Shown here in pieces: positions 10,015 through 22,399 of a stretch of 64,000 bases of DNA. The notes beneath the pieces were generated by a model that did not search any database, was not told the origin of the DNA, and saw only the letters and a list, made by a program, of their open reading frames with translations. The DNA comes from a bacterium. GTDB lineage: Bacteria; Patescibacteriota; Patescibacteriia; SG8-24. The position numbers and the translations under genes are program-made. Numbering within the stretch: the first letter of the stretch is position 1; every line of letters starts with the position of its first letter. The DNA is taken from assembly GCA_043825985.1 (NCBI GenBank), contig JBDRRB010000062.1, positions 1,245 to 65,244 of the forward strand. The letters run 5' to 3'.

Positions 10015-11325
10015 ATGTTGGACATGAATTTCGTCAGAGATAACGTTGACCTGGTCAGGGCTGCCCTGGACAACAAGCGAACCAAGGTCGACCTTGACCG
10101 TCTGCTCGAGCTGGATGTCCAGCGGCGGCAGCTCCAGGTCGAAACGGAAACGCTGCGGGCCGAACAGAACCGAGCTGGCGAAGAAATCGCCAAGGAGTCG
10201 GATCCTGAAAAGAAATCCGAGGCCATAGGCGCGATGAAGCAGCTGAAAGACCGACTCAGGGCAGCGGAGGAACGTCTCGAGCCCGTCCGGCAGGAATTCG
10301 AGCTACTGCTGCTGGCGCTGCCGAACGTGCCGTTCGACGACGTTCCGGTCGGACCGGACGAGTCGGCCAACCAGGTACTGCACAGCTGGGGCGAGCCAAA
10401 AAAGTTCGACTTTCCAGTTAAGGATCATCTTGAGTTGGGCGAGGCGTTGGGGCTGATCAACGTCGAGCGGGCCGCCGAGGTCTCAGGCAGCCGTTTCGTC
10501 TATCTGGTCGGAGGCTTGGCCAGAATGCAGTTCGCGCTGTTGCAGTACGTACTGAATATCCTGACCGACCGGGAACAGATCCGTCAGACCATTGAACGCG
10601 CCGGCCTGGAGCTGTCGGATACTCCTTTCGTGCCAGTCGTCCCGCCGCTCATGATCCGGCCGGAGGCTTTCGCCCGTATGGCCCGGCTCGAGCCGCGCGA
10701 GGAGCGCTACCATATACCCTCCGACGACCTGTACCTGATCGGCAGTGCCGAACACACGCTCGGTCCGCTGCACATGGACCAGCTGCTGAAGGAGGCCGAC
10801 CTGCCGCTGCGCTACTTCGCCTACACTGCCGCCTTCCGTCGGGAAGCCGGCTCCTACGGACAGGACACCCGTGGCATCATCCGCCAGCATCAGTTCGACA
10901 AGATCGAAATGGAGACTTTCTGCCTTCCCGAGTCGTCCCGTAGCGAGCAGGAGCTTCTGGTCGCCCTACAGGAGCGGTTCCTGCAGGACCTGGAGTTGCC
11001 CTACCAAGTGATGAACGTCTGCACCGGTGACATGGGCAAGCCGGACGCCCGGCAGATCGACATGGAGTGCTGGATGCCGGGACAAGGGAAATACCGGGAG
11101 ACGCATTCGGCCGACCTGATGACTGACTATCAGTCGCGGCGGCTGGGCACCAGAGTCCGACGGAACGACGGAGAGATCCAGTACGTCCACATGAACGACG
11201 CCACGGCGCTGGCCATGGGGCGCATCCTGGTCGCGATCATCGAGAATGGCCAGCAGGCCGACGGACGGATATCCGTACCGAAGATTCTGGTGCCAATGAT
11301 GGGCGGACTGGAGACGATCGGCTGA
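10015..11325 (+). CDS. serS: Serine--tRNA ligase
   Basis: MLD start, coiled-coil arm, FRREAGSYG, GIIRQHQFDKIE. Confidence 0.97.
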   Translation: MLDMNFVRDNVDLVRAALDNKRTKVDLDRLLELDVQRRQLQVETETLRAEQNRAGEEIAKESDPEKKSEAIGAMKQLKDRLRAAEERLEPVRQEFELLLLALPNVPFDDVPVGPDESANQVLHSWGEPKKFDFPVKDHLELGEALGLINVERAAEVSGSRFVYLVGGLARMQFALLQYVLNILTDREQIRQTIERAGLELSDTPFVPVVPPLMIRPEAFARMARLEPREERYHIPSDDLYLIGSAEHTLGPLHMDQLLKEADLPLRYFAYTAAFRREAGSYGQDTRGIIRQHQFDKIEMETFCLPESSRSEQELLVALQERFLQDLELPYQVMNVCTGDMGKPDARQIDMECWMPGQGKYRETHSADLMTDYQSRRLGTRVRRNDGEIQYVHMNDATALAMGRILVAIIENGQQADGRISVPKILVPMMGGLETIG

Positions 11326-11336
11326 CGAGCTCGACA

Positions 11337-12473
11337 ATGACCGGAAACAAGCCCAAAACCTGGATCGAGGTGTCGGCCAAGGCATTAGTCAGCAATGTCG
11401 GAGAACTGAAACGCCAGTCCTCCGGCTCGAGCCTGATGGCCGTGGTCAAATCCAATGCCTACGGTCACGGAACTGCGGCCGTCGTGAAGGCGGTCGACGG
11501 TGTCGTCGACTGGTTCGGGGTCGATTCCCTGGTCGAAGCGGAGGAGGTACGACGCTCCGGTTCGCGACGGCCAGTGCTTATCTTGGGCTACACGCCCGTA
11601 GGCTCCCTGTGTCAGGTGGTGTCACACGGGTTCAGCCAGGTCACATACAGTCGACGAACGGCTGATGCCATGTCGCATTTCGGGTCTGTCAGGCGCCCAG
11701 CCAAGCTCCAGGTCAAAGTCGAGACCGGAACTTCGAGGCAGGGCGTGGACCTAGAGGACCTGCCGACGTTTTTCCGTTTTCTCTCAAAACTGAAGAACGT
11801 CAAAATTGAGGGTCTCTATACCCATTTCGCCAACGTCGAGGACACGACCGATCCGACCTACGCCAAGCTGCAGCTGAGGCGCTTCCGAAAGGCTGTCGAC
11901 ATCGCCGAAAAATACGGCATCCGACCACCGGTGATACATGCCGCCTGCAGCGCCGCAGCGATCATCTATCCAGAGACTCATTTCGACCTGGTAAGAACCG
12001 GGATATCTCTCTATGGGCTTTGGTCATCCAAAGTAACTCAGGCAGCCGCAGCCGAGACCGGCATAAACCTCAGACTGAGGCCGGCCTTGACCTGGAAGAC
12101 CACCGTCGCCCAAGTCAAAAATCTCTCCGCCGGCACGCCGGTCAGCTACGGTCTGACCGAAAAGGTCCGCCGGCCGTCACGGGTGGCGGTTCTTCCGATC
12201 GGATATTGGGACGGTTTCGACCGTCGGCTGTCGTCAATCGGCAATGTTCTGGTTCGGGGGCATCGAGCCAAGGTGATCGGACGAGTCTGCATGAACATGT
12301 GTGTCGTCGACGTCACGGACATTCGTGGGGCCAGAGAAGGCGACGAGGCGGTCATCTTGGGCCGGCAGGGACAAGAGGAAATAACGGCCGAAGAGTTGGC
12401 TGACCGCATCGGCACCATCAACTACGATGTCGTGACCGGAATAAACCCACTGTTGCCGCGCTATCTGGTCTGA
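11337..12473 (+). CDS. alr: Alanine racemase
   Basis: AVVKSNAYGHG PLP-lysine motif, GRVCM, GTINYD. Confidence 0.96.
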   Translation: MTGNKPKTWIEVSAKALVSNVGELKRQSSGSSLMAVVKSNAYGHGTAAVVKAVDGVVDWFGVDSLVEAEEVRRSGSRRPVLILGYTPVGSLCQVVSHGFSQVTYSRRTADAMSHFGSVRRPAKLQVKVETGTSRQGVDLEDLPTFFRFLSKLKNVKIEGLYTHFANVEDTTDPTYAKLQLRRFRKAVDIAEKYGIRPPVIHAACSAAAIIYPETHFDLVRTGISLYGLWSSKVTQAAAAETGINLRLRPALTWKTTVAQVKNLSAGTPVSYGLTEKVRRPSRVAVLPIGYWDGFDRRLSSIGNVLVRGHRAKVIGRVCMNMCVVDVTDIRGAREGDEAVILGRQGQEEITAEELADRIGTINYDVVTGINPLLPRYLV

Positions 12474-12557
12474 TTCCGCCGCAAGATGGACTGCCCTTGC
12501 CTTGAACTGCCCTAGATGAAAGACTAAACGCGACAGTATTCGTCCCCACTACAGGCA

Positions 12558-13562
12558 ATGAAGGACTTCCATGGAAAAAACGCCCGCCGAGGCGTACGCG
12601 ACTACAGCCGACGCAGCTACGGGAATCCGCTATTCAGCGGCCAGCAGAAGAAGCGTCGAGCCCGCGATCCTCGCCGAATCAAGGCGATCGCCATTGGCGT
12701 GTTAATTTTAGCGCTGATTCTGCTGACCTTCTGGTACCTGTTCTGGGGCCAGGCCTTTCGCATCTCGAACGTCTCGATCGAAGGAGCGACGGCCGACACG
12801 TCGACGGAGATTCGTGGAATGATCGAGGAGCGCCTAAAAAAGAGGTGGTTGTTGGTCATGCCACAATCGTCCATTTTCATCTTCGATACCGACGAATCGA
12901 TTGGTGATATCGAAAGTCGATTTTACCTTGAGCAGCTTGAACTGAGAAAAAAGTTGCCAGGAACAATTTCGGTCAATGTCAGGGAAAGAGAAATGGTCGG
13001 GGCATTCTTGGCCCGCGGACAGTTCCTGGCAATTGACGCGGAAGGTTACGTGATCCGAGAGCTGACCAAGCGTGAACGCGTCTCGCTCGTCGACTTGCCG
13101 GACGGCTTTGAAGGGGTCGCGGCCAGTGAGTTGGGGGCGGAATCGGTCAACGTAGTTGAGATCGACCAGGCTGCGGCTGAACAAGAGACGGCAAAAAAGA
13201 ACAGCAACCCGCTCCCTCTGATTCTGGATTGGGAAAAGGTCGGCGACAACTACCATCCAGGGAGCGCGGCCGTATCCAACGAGATGCTTAGGCTTGTGCT
13301 TCAGGCCAACGCCCAGCTGCCGGACGTCTCTGACTCGGGAATCAGATGGTTTGCCCTCGACTCGGCCGCCGACACGGTTGACGTGATGCTCAAGGGGGGC
13401 TGGCACGTGTACCTGACCACCTTAATACCTTTTGATGTCCAGGCCAGCCGCCTGTCCCTGGTGCTAAAGGAAAAGATAGGCGACAGGCGAGATGAACTCG
13501 AATACGTTGACCTCCGTTACGACGAAAGAATATTCTTCCGATTTATTGGGGAAGTCAATTAA
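12558..13562 (+). CDS. FtsQ/DivIB-like cell division protein
   Basis: Basic N-terminus, single TM, POTRA-like FRISNVSIEG...LPGTISVNVRER, C-terminal YVDLRY. Confidence 0.75.
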   Translation: MKDFHGKNARRGVRDYSRRSYGNPLFSGQQKKRRARDPRRIKAIAIGVLILALILLTFWYLFWGQAFRISNVSIEGATADTSTEIRGMIEERLKKRWLLVMPQSSIFIFDTDESIGDIESRFYLEQLELRKKLPGTISVNVREREMVGAFLARGQFLAIDAEGYVIRELTKRERVSLVDLPDGFEGVAASELGAESVNVVEIDQAAAEQETAKKNSNPLPLILDWEKVGDNYHPGSAAVSNEMLRLVLQANAQLPDVSDSGIRWFALDSAADTVDVMLKGGWHVYLTTLIPFDVQASRLSLVLKEKIGDRRDELEYVDLRYDERIFFRFIGEVN

Positions 13563-13640
13563 TTATTAAAAAGACAGATCTTGTTTTTTGGCTTAAATAA
13601 GGCATAAAAAAGGACTTTTCGTTATCTATGTCAAAGACTA

Positions 13641-13669
13641 TTGACAAAATTGGATAAATATGATATATT
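13641..13669 (+). promoter_or_regulatory. Strong sigma70 promoter
   Basis: TTGACA-17 bp-TATATT with an extended -10 TG and an AT-rich upstream region. Confidence 0.75.
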
Positions 13670-13677
13670 TCTAATTG

Positions 13678-13730
13678 TACCCAGTCGATCTACCGGAGAC
13701 ATCTCCGTGTACATCCGACGGGTATTTTTT
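13678..13730 (+). ncRNA. Candidate ~55-nt hairpin small RNA or promoter-proximal terminator
   Basis: Long imperfect hairpin starting at the predicted TSS, followed by TTTTTT. Confidence 0.4.
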
Positions 13731-13863
13731 GTCTACCTCTCGGCTATTGGTGAATAAGTCGCCTGTGACTACATAGGCTTATCTGCTAAAGTAAATTACT
13801 ACCGGCTGACAGGAGGGGATTATGGTCGGTAAAAGTGGTTTAAATTTTTACCATACTTAAACT

Positions 13864-14604
13864 ATGGGTCACGAAGGAAACATGTCTGTTTCACCCAAGG
13901 CAAGCTTTGCCCTGGGTCTAGTTGGAGGAGTGCTGGTACTCTGTACCATCGGTTTCTTTGTCCTGCTGGGACTAATGATTAACGGTCAGGATTCTCTCGG
14001 GTACAACAATGACCCGCTGGTGGCAAATGACCCGACCATCGATCCGGTGGTCTACGACGATCCCGGCGACCAGGTCGGAGAGATAACGCCGATTAACGAC
14101 AGCGATCACGCCGTTGGCCCGACCGACGCGGCAGTGACGCTCTTTGTCTATTCGGATTTCGAGTGTCCTTACTGCGGAAGGTTTCACCTTTCGGTCAAAC
14201 AGCTGATAGCGGATCTCGGCGACCAGGTTCAGGTCGTCTTCCGCAACTACCCGCTCTCGTTCCACCCCAACGCTCGTCCGGCGGCCAATGCGGCCGAGTG
14301 TGCCGGAGAACAGGGCAAGTTCTGGGAATTTGCCGACGGACTGTTTGAGGACCAAAGCCTGCTCGGAGCCAGCCGCTATAAGGAGCTGGCCACTAGGGTG
14401 GGGCTGAACGTCAGCCAGTTTGATGACTGCGTGGCCAAGTCGAAGTTCGACGCCAAGATCAGCTCTGATCTTTCAGGCGGAATGACGGCCGGCGTACAGG
14501 GAACTCCAGGGACAATAATCGTCGGCAGCGACGGACAGCCAACCCTAGTTCCAGGAGCGATTCCTTACGAGCAGCTTAAGGGAATGGTTCAGGCTGTGCT
14601 CTAA
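13864..14604 (+). CDS. DsbA-family thiol-disulfide oxidoreductase, membrane-anchored
   Basis: N-terminal TM, SDFECPYC, GVQGTP cis-Pro loop. Confidence 0.92.
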   Translation: MGHEGNMSVSPKASFALGLVGGVLVLCTIGFFVLLGLMINGQDSLGYNNDPLVANDPTIDPVVYDDPGDQVGEITPINDSDHAVGPTDAAVTLFVYSDFECPYCGRFHLSVKQLIADLGDQVQVVFRNYPLSFHPNARPAANAAECAGEQGKFWEFADGLFEDQSLLGASRYKELATRVGLNVSQFDDCVAKSKFDAKISSDLSGGMTAGVQGTPGTIIVGSDGQPTLVPGAIPYEQLKGMVQAVL

Positions 14605-14632
14605 AGAAGGATTTATCCGAACGAAGAAAGAG

Positions 14633-14668
14633 GAAGCTCCGGCCCAAGGCCGGAGCTTTTCTTTGTTT
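14633..14668 (+). terminator. Intrinsic terminator
   Basis: AAGCTCCGGCC / GGCCGGAGCTT followed by a T-rich tail. Confidence 0.85.
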
Positions 14669-14730
14669 CTCAAAATTTGCCCAAAACCAGAGCCCCTGCT
14701 AATGTCGGCGTGCTTCATAAGGAGAAGCCA

Positions 14731-15027
14731 GTGAAAAAAATTCTCTCGTTCCTTAGAACTCAGGGTGCCAGCGAGGAATCCTTGGCCTTTTTTCTTGCCA
14801 GCTTACTGGAACCGACCGCTGACTGGCGACCGATTCGGAATAGGGACGGGTCGTGGCGTCTCACCGAGGAAGGGGATCTCAAGCTGAGGCCGGACATGAG
14901 CTAGATAGGCCGGTCGACGATAACCTGTACAGAATCAGGAGCGGAAGGATTCCAAAGACTCCTGACCAATCTTGGAGAGATTCAAGCGAGCCCACTGATC
15001 TCAACAGTCAAGCTCGAAGAGGTATAA
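14731..15027 (+). pseudogene. Small hypothetical gene interrupted by an in-frame TAG (14902-14904)
   Basis: Promoter TTGCCC-17-TAATGT (14677-14705), RBS AAGGAG, GTG start; frame stays open 40 codons past the TAG to TAA 15027; terminator follows. Confidence 0.5.
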
Positions 15028-15062
15028 CACCGACCTCCATCTCCATTCGTTTCAAACTAATG

Positions 15063-15086
15063 CACCGCCACATGGCGGTGTTTTTT
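15063..15086 (+). terminator. Intrinsic terminator
   Basis: CACCGCCA-CA-TGGCGGTG-TTTTTT. Confidence 0.8.
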
Positions 15087-15615
15087 AATAGACTTCGGCA
15101 GAGTAGGAGAGAGGATCCCCTCGGGGACTTTTGGCGACGTCGAAAACTTAATATGTTGTGACGCACAATATACCTTAAACGACACATTAAGCTTTTTTTT
15201 CTCCTGCTAACCATAAATTCTTTTCCCTTCCACTTTCTCCATAAAAACACCACCTGCTAACTCATATCCGAAGGTATCCCCATGCCTTCCCAAACAACAC
15301 AGACCATTTAAACGCCTCGCTGATCTCGTCTTTCTTGGTGTTTCGGGGCTAGTATAGGTCATACTATCTCTTTCGCAATTTCAGGACCGCGGCAACCGTT
15401 TTTCGCTTTCACAAAAAAGCGAAAAATCTTTTAAAGAATTAATCTGGTCAGACGAACTATTCTATCTCCTACCAAATCAAAAAAACCGTGCGAAGACAGT
15501 TTTTTGCACCAATCTAAATTTTCCCCATTTTCCCCCGCTCTTTCTTCTTCTCTTGTTTGCCCTCTGAATAACTATTTTACGACACTATTTCTTTTTCCTC
15601 TCTTTAAAATAAAAA

Positions 15616-16866
15616 CTACAAAAGATAATTCAACGGATTAACCGGTATTCCGCCTTGCCTCACCTCAAAGTGAAGATGGGGACCAGTGGTTAGCTTTCCC
15701 GCTCCGGGAGTTCCGGGCATCCCGCCCGAATAGCCGATGATCTCTCCCCTTTCGACAAAGGTATCTTCCTTTACCGTGATTTTGCTTAAGTGTCCGTAGA
15801 CCGACGACAGGTCATTTCCATGCACCAACAGAACGTAGCTGTAGCCCATTCCGGCATTCTTGGCCCGGCCAACTATTCCGGATGCCACTGCGCGAATCGG
15901 CGTACCCTGATAGGCCCTGATGTCTATCCCCGGATGCTCGAAGACATTACGGAATGGATAGTCCGGATCGTGAAAATTGGTCGAGAGACCGCGGTCCGGA
16001 TTGACCGGCCAAGAAAGAGATCCGGTACCTTGCCCGAGTCTTTCGGCCAGATCCATCTTCGAGCGCAACGACTTCTCGAGCGTCACTATTTCGGAATCCG
16101 CCTCAGACTGCTCGCGCTTCAGCTCGGCCAGCATGTAGCGATACTCCAGCTCGGAGGACATCGTCTCTGACAGCAGGGACGTCTTCAGCGACATGTCGTC
16201 CTCCAACTTTCGGCGCGTGGCCTCCAGGGCCAATCTCCTCGAAGTGACGTCAGCCCGTTTCAATTCGCTTTCCTGTTGCTGTTCCTCCAGTCTGACCCTC
16301 AGACCGTCGATCCTCTTTACCGAATCGTGCATTCGTCTCTCAAGAGACACGACGGAATAAAGCTCGTCAAAGAACCCGGAAAAGGTGTCGTGCGACAGGA
16401 GTATCTCCAGCACGCTCTGATCAGACTGCCGATAGTGAAGCTGCCGGACCAGCGACCCGAGCATGTCCCTCTCCCGTTCGACCTGGTCTTGGGCCTCCTT
16501 AATCCGGCCCTCGAGCCGGACCATCTGGAGCTCAATCGACTTGATCTCCTGTTCCGAAACTTCAATGCTGACCTTCGTCTTGGCTACCTGGCTTTCGATC
16601 AGGTTAATCTGATCGCCGAGGGTTGCCCCTTCGATCTTTTTTTCCGAGATCAGCTTCTTGTAGTGATCGATCCGGTCATTGAGTTCCTTGACCTGCTCCC
16701 GCTTCCTCTGGACCTCGGAATTGATGTTCTCGATCTCGCCGCTGACGTCCGCACTGGCCGCCAAAACTCCCGATGGACAAACGAGACCAAGGGCCAAAAC
16801 GAAAATCAATGACGCGTAGGCGATTCTCAGACACCCCTCCTTTCCTCCCTTGCTTCGTTCGACCAT
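15616..16866 (-). CDS. Secreted coiled-coil M23 peptidase (EnvC/PcsB-like murein hydrolase)
   Basis: Signal peptide, long coiled coil, HPGID (HxxxD), YGHL, GPHLHFEVR. Confidence 0.9.
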   Translation of the reverse strand: MVERSKGGKEGCLRIAYASLIFVLALGLVCPSGVLAASADVSGEIENINSEVQRKREQVKELNDRIDHYKKLISEKKIEGATLGDQINLIESQVAKTKVSIEVSEQEIKSIELQMVRLEGRIKEAQDQVERERDMLGSLVRQLHYRQSDQSVLEILLSHDTFSGFFDELYSVVSLERRMHDSVKRIDGLRVRLEEQQQESELKRADVTSRRLALEATRRKLEDDMSLKTSLLSETMSSELEYRYMLAELKREQSEADSEIVTLEKSLRSKMDLAERLGQGTGSLSWPVNPDRGLSTNFHDPDYPFRNVFEHPGIDIRAYQGTPIRAVASGIVGRAKNAGMGYSYVLLVHGNDLSSVYGHLSKITVKEDTFVERGEIIGYSGGMPGTPGAGKLTTGPHLHFEVRQGGIPVNPLNYLL

Positions 16867-18336
16867 TCAAATCTTTTCTATCGCAGAATCTATTCGACGA
16901 AGTGTTGCTTCGCGACCTATGGCCCAGGCCACCTCAAACGGTCCCGGGGAAGCCGCCAACCCGGTCAGCGCCACCCGCATGGGCCAAAGTGTCTCCGCGT
17001 TGGTCCACCCTCGTTCAACGATCATTTCCAGTACTGTCTTCTCCAATCCCTCTCGACTGTCGAAATCTTTGACGTCCAGCGAAGAAAGAAAATCCCTCAG
17101 TCCGGTCAGCCTGTCCTTGGCTATCTCCGGGGTGGATTTCTTCCACGGCAGGCGCTGGCTGTCGGGATCCGGATCGACGAAGATGAAGGTCAGCCTCTCC
17201 GGCATTTCCGCTAGCGTCTTGACGCGGTTCTTCTCCAACCTTACGGCCTTTACTATCGCCGCTCGATCGCTGAACCCAGCTGCCTCAAAAAACGGCATTG
17301 CCCGCTCGGCCAGGTCATCTTCCGAGCATGACTTGATGTACTCGGAATTCATCCAGTCCAGTTTCTCCAGGTCAAAGACTGCCCCACCACGATTGACCTT
17401 GTTCAGGTCGAAGGACGAGACGAGTTCATCGACCGAATAGATCTCCCGGTCGCCGCTTGGATTCCACCCCAACAGCGCGACGAAATTCACCAACGCCTCC
17501 GGCAGGTAGCCCTTCTTTTTGTAGTCCTCGACAGCCACGTCCCCCTGCCGTTTCGACAGCTTCGACCGGTCCTTGTTCAGCAGCAGCGGCAGGTGGGCGT
17601 ACTCGGGCTGCGGCCAACCGAAGGCCTGGTATAGCAGAATGTGCTTGGGCGTCGACGGACACCACTCCTCACCGCGCAGGACGTGCGTAATCCCCATCAG
17701 GCGATCGTCAACCACGACCGCCAAGTGATAGGTCGGAAAACCGTCGGACTTCATCAGCACCTGATCGTCGATCTGGCTGTTCGCTATCTCCACCCGTCCG
17801 CGGATCAAGTCGTCCCAACCCGTAACGCCTTCCGTCGGTACGGCTAATCTGACTACGAACGGACGGCCTTCGCTCTCCAGTCTTTTGCAGGCCTCGTCGT
17901 CCAAACCGCGGCAGTGCCGATCGTACATGGTCTGACCGCCTTCGGATCGCTGGCGCTCTCTCATATCCTCCAACCGTTCCGAAGTGCAGTAACAGCGATA
18001 GGCCTGACCGCCCTCGATCAGCTGGTCGACATACTTTCGGTAGATGTCGAGCCGTTCGGACTGAACGTATGGTCCGAAATTGCCGCGCTGCCTGACTGTG
18101 CCGTCACTGTCCAGATAGGGTCCCTCATCCGGCTCAATTCCGGCCCACTGCAGGGTTCGGATAATGTTCTCTACTCCGCCTTCCACCAGTCTGGTCTGGT
18201 CAGTGTCCTCTATTCTTAGGATAAAAGCCCCACCGTTCTTTCTGGCCAAGAGGCTGTCATAAAGTGCGGTCCTCAAACCGCCGACATGCAGAAAACCTGT
18301 CGGCGACGGGGCAAACCTGACTCTGACCTTGTTCAT
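16867..18336 (-). CDS. gltX: Glutamate--tRNA ligase
   Basis: RFAPSPTGFLHVGG, RIEDTD, KLSKR. Confidence 0.97.
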   Translation of the reverse strand: MNKVRVRFAPSPTGFLHVGGLRTALYDSLLARKNGGAFILRIEDTDQTRLVEGGVENIIRTLQWAGIEPDEGPYLDSDGTVRQRGNFGPYVQSERLDIYRKYVDQLIEGGQAYRCYCTSERLEDMRERQRSEGGQTMYDRHCRGLDDEACKRLESEGRPFVVRLAVPTEGVTGWDDLIRGRVEIANSQIDDQVLMKSDGFPTYHLAVVVDDRLMGITHVLRGEEWCPSTPKHILLYQAFGWPQPEYAHLPLLLNKDRSKLSKRQGDVAVEDYKKKGYLPEALVNFVALLGWNPSGDREIYSVDELVSSFDLNKVNRGGAVFDLEKLDWMNSEYIKSCSEDDLAERAMPFFEAAGFSDRAAIVKAVRLEKNRVKTLAEMPERLTFIFVDPDPDSQRLPWKKSTPEIAKDRLTGLRDFLSSLDVKDFDSREGLEKTVLEMIVERGWTNAETLWPMRVALTGLAASPGPFEVAWAIGREATLRRIDSAIEKI

Positions 18337-18338
18337 GC

Positions 18339-19109
18339 TCATTTCACTTTAATGATACCAAATCGCTGCCCCACGACCAACGCCGGAAAGACGAACGTGG
18401 CCGTTAGTATGCGTCCGATCCGCCTTGGCTGCAAGACCAGCCTCCATAGCCATTCCAGCCCGACCGAACGCATGAACGCCGGCGCCCGACGGACATTCCC
18501 TGACCAGAAATCGAACGCTCCGCCGATACCCATCGCCACCCTCACCGACGGGAGACTCGACAGGTGGGCCTGGATCCACTTTTCCTGCTTGCCGTGACCG
18601 AAGGCGACAAAAACCACAGCCGGACTTGCGGCCTCGATCTTTCGCCGAAGCTCGTCGGAAAGAATCGGCCGGCCCTGACTGTCCATCTCCACCACCCCGC
18701 CGTCGTCCGCGCCGACGACCATCAGTCCCCGATGTCCGGCCGACATCACTCTGGCCGCCTCCGCCGCAGTGCCCGGCCCGCCGCCGAGAAAAAATACACT
18801 GGCTCCTAATTCGGCCGCCAGACCGCAGACTTCGTTCATCAGGTCAGTACCGGTCACCCGTTCAGAAATTCTTCGGCCAAGAATTTTTGCCAGCCAGACT
18901 ATCCCTACCCCATCGGGGATATTGATGTCTCCGGTTTTGAGAGTGTCGCAAAACGAAGGATCCCTCCAGGCCGCAACCAAGATCTCCGGATTCGGGGTGA
19001 ACACTGCCCTACCCCGCCCATTTTTCGCTAACAAAAAACCCCTTATTCTATTCTTAACCTCTTCGCCGGTTAGCGCATCTACCGGCACGCCAAAAAAACT
19101 GACTATCAT
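18339..19109 (-). CDS. WecB/TagA/CpsF-family glycosyltransferase
   Basis: TPNPE, PDGVG, RVTGTDL, KQEKW, GIGGAFDF, GLEWLWRL. Confidence 0.92.
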   Translation of the reverse strand: MIVSFFGVPVDALTGEEVKNRIRGFLLAKNGRGRAVFTPNPEILVAAWRDPSFCDTLKTGDINIPDGVGIVWLAKILGRRISERVTGTDLMNEVCGLAAELGASVFFLGGGPGTAAEAARVMSAGHRGLMVVGADDGGVVEMDSQGRPILSDELRRKIEAASPAVVFVAFGHGKQEKWIQAHLSSLPSVRVAMGIGGAFDFWSGNVRRAPAFMRSVGLEWLWRLVLQPRRIGRILTATFVFPALVVGQRFGIIKVK

Positions 19110-19196
19110 AGTAAGGCTAGAATATCACGTCGCCCGAAAAATCAGGCAAAAATCGTCCGTTTGAGCTCACTTCCCCATCAAAAAGAGGACATCTTC

Positions 19197-19225
19197 TTGA
19201 CATACCTACCCATTGGCCTGACAAT
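19197..19225 (+). promoter_or_regulatory. Sigma70 promoter of clpB
   Basis: TTGACA-17 bp-GACAAT. Confidence 0.7.
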
Positions 19226-19229
19226 TGGA

Positions 19230-19256
19230 TTAGCACTCTTGTTTAGGGACTGCTAA
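19230..19256 (+). promoter_or_regulatory. CIRCE element (HrcA operator)
   Basis: TTAGCACTC-N9-GACTGCTAA, one mismatch to consensus TTAGCACTC-N9-GAGTGCTAA. Confidence 0.92.
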
Positions 19257-19291
19257 ACGAGAAAACGTGATCCGTGTCACAAAATTTCGCT

Positions 19292-21931
<2,640 letters not shown>

Positions 21932-21952
21932 GAACCGACCCGAATCAAGACG

Positions 21953-21987
21953 AAACGCCCCGGATTTTAATCCAAGGGCGTTTTGTT
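21953..21987 (+). terminator. Intrinsic terminator after clpB
   Basis: AAACGCCC..GGATT / AATCC..GGGCGTTT followed by a T-rich tail. Confidence 0.75.
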
Positions 21988-22163
21988 ATCCGGCGACACT
22001 AGCCGAAAATACGCTGTCTGACGCGATCGATCCCATTCCCCGGCCCGCCGACCGAGACAAAACAAAGACCCCCGCTGTTCGCAGGGGCTATTGTTGCCGC
22101 GTTATCGAGATGTATGCTGCTGCTTCGGCGGCGACCGCGCCACCGACATCTTAACGGACGACT

Positions 22164-22256
22164 ATGACGTCGGAAAGCGCCCCGACATACTGGCGCCACA
22201 TCGCCCTTATCTTCCTCCTGGCCATAACTTGGCTAAGTTACGGCACCGTGCTATAG
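22164..22256 (+). CDS. Putative 30-aa hydrophobic small protein MTSESAPTYWRHIALIFLLAITWLSYGTVL
   Basis: ATG 22164 to TAG 22256; single TM-like stretch; flanked by hairpins. Confidence 0.45.
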   Translation: MTSESAPTYWRHIALIFLLAITWLSYGTVL

Positions 22257-22399
22257 TGACGGTGCCACAGTGCGTGGTTCGGGATGGACGAAAGTCCTCC
22301 CGGGAAAACGTCGCGCCAATCTCCCACGGGCGTGACGTTTTCATTTTCCAAAAACGACCTTTCTAAATTCAGGTGTCCTCGACAGCCGGTACCCCGTTT

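Noticed and set aside
14853-15253. ORFs 14853-15161 (+) and 15008-15253 (-)
   Set aside because: They cross a terminator, have no recognisable motifs and look non-coding in composition
13563-15615. Replication origin
   Set aside because: AT-rich, but no cluster of DnaA boxes and no dnaA/dnaN in the window
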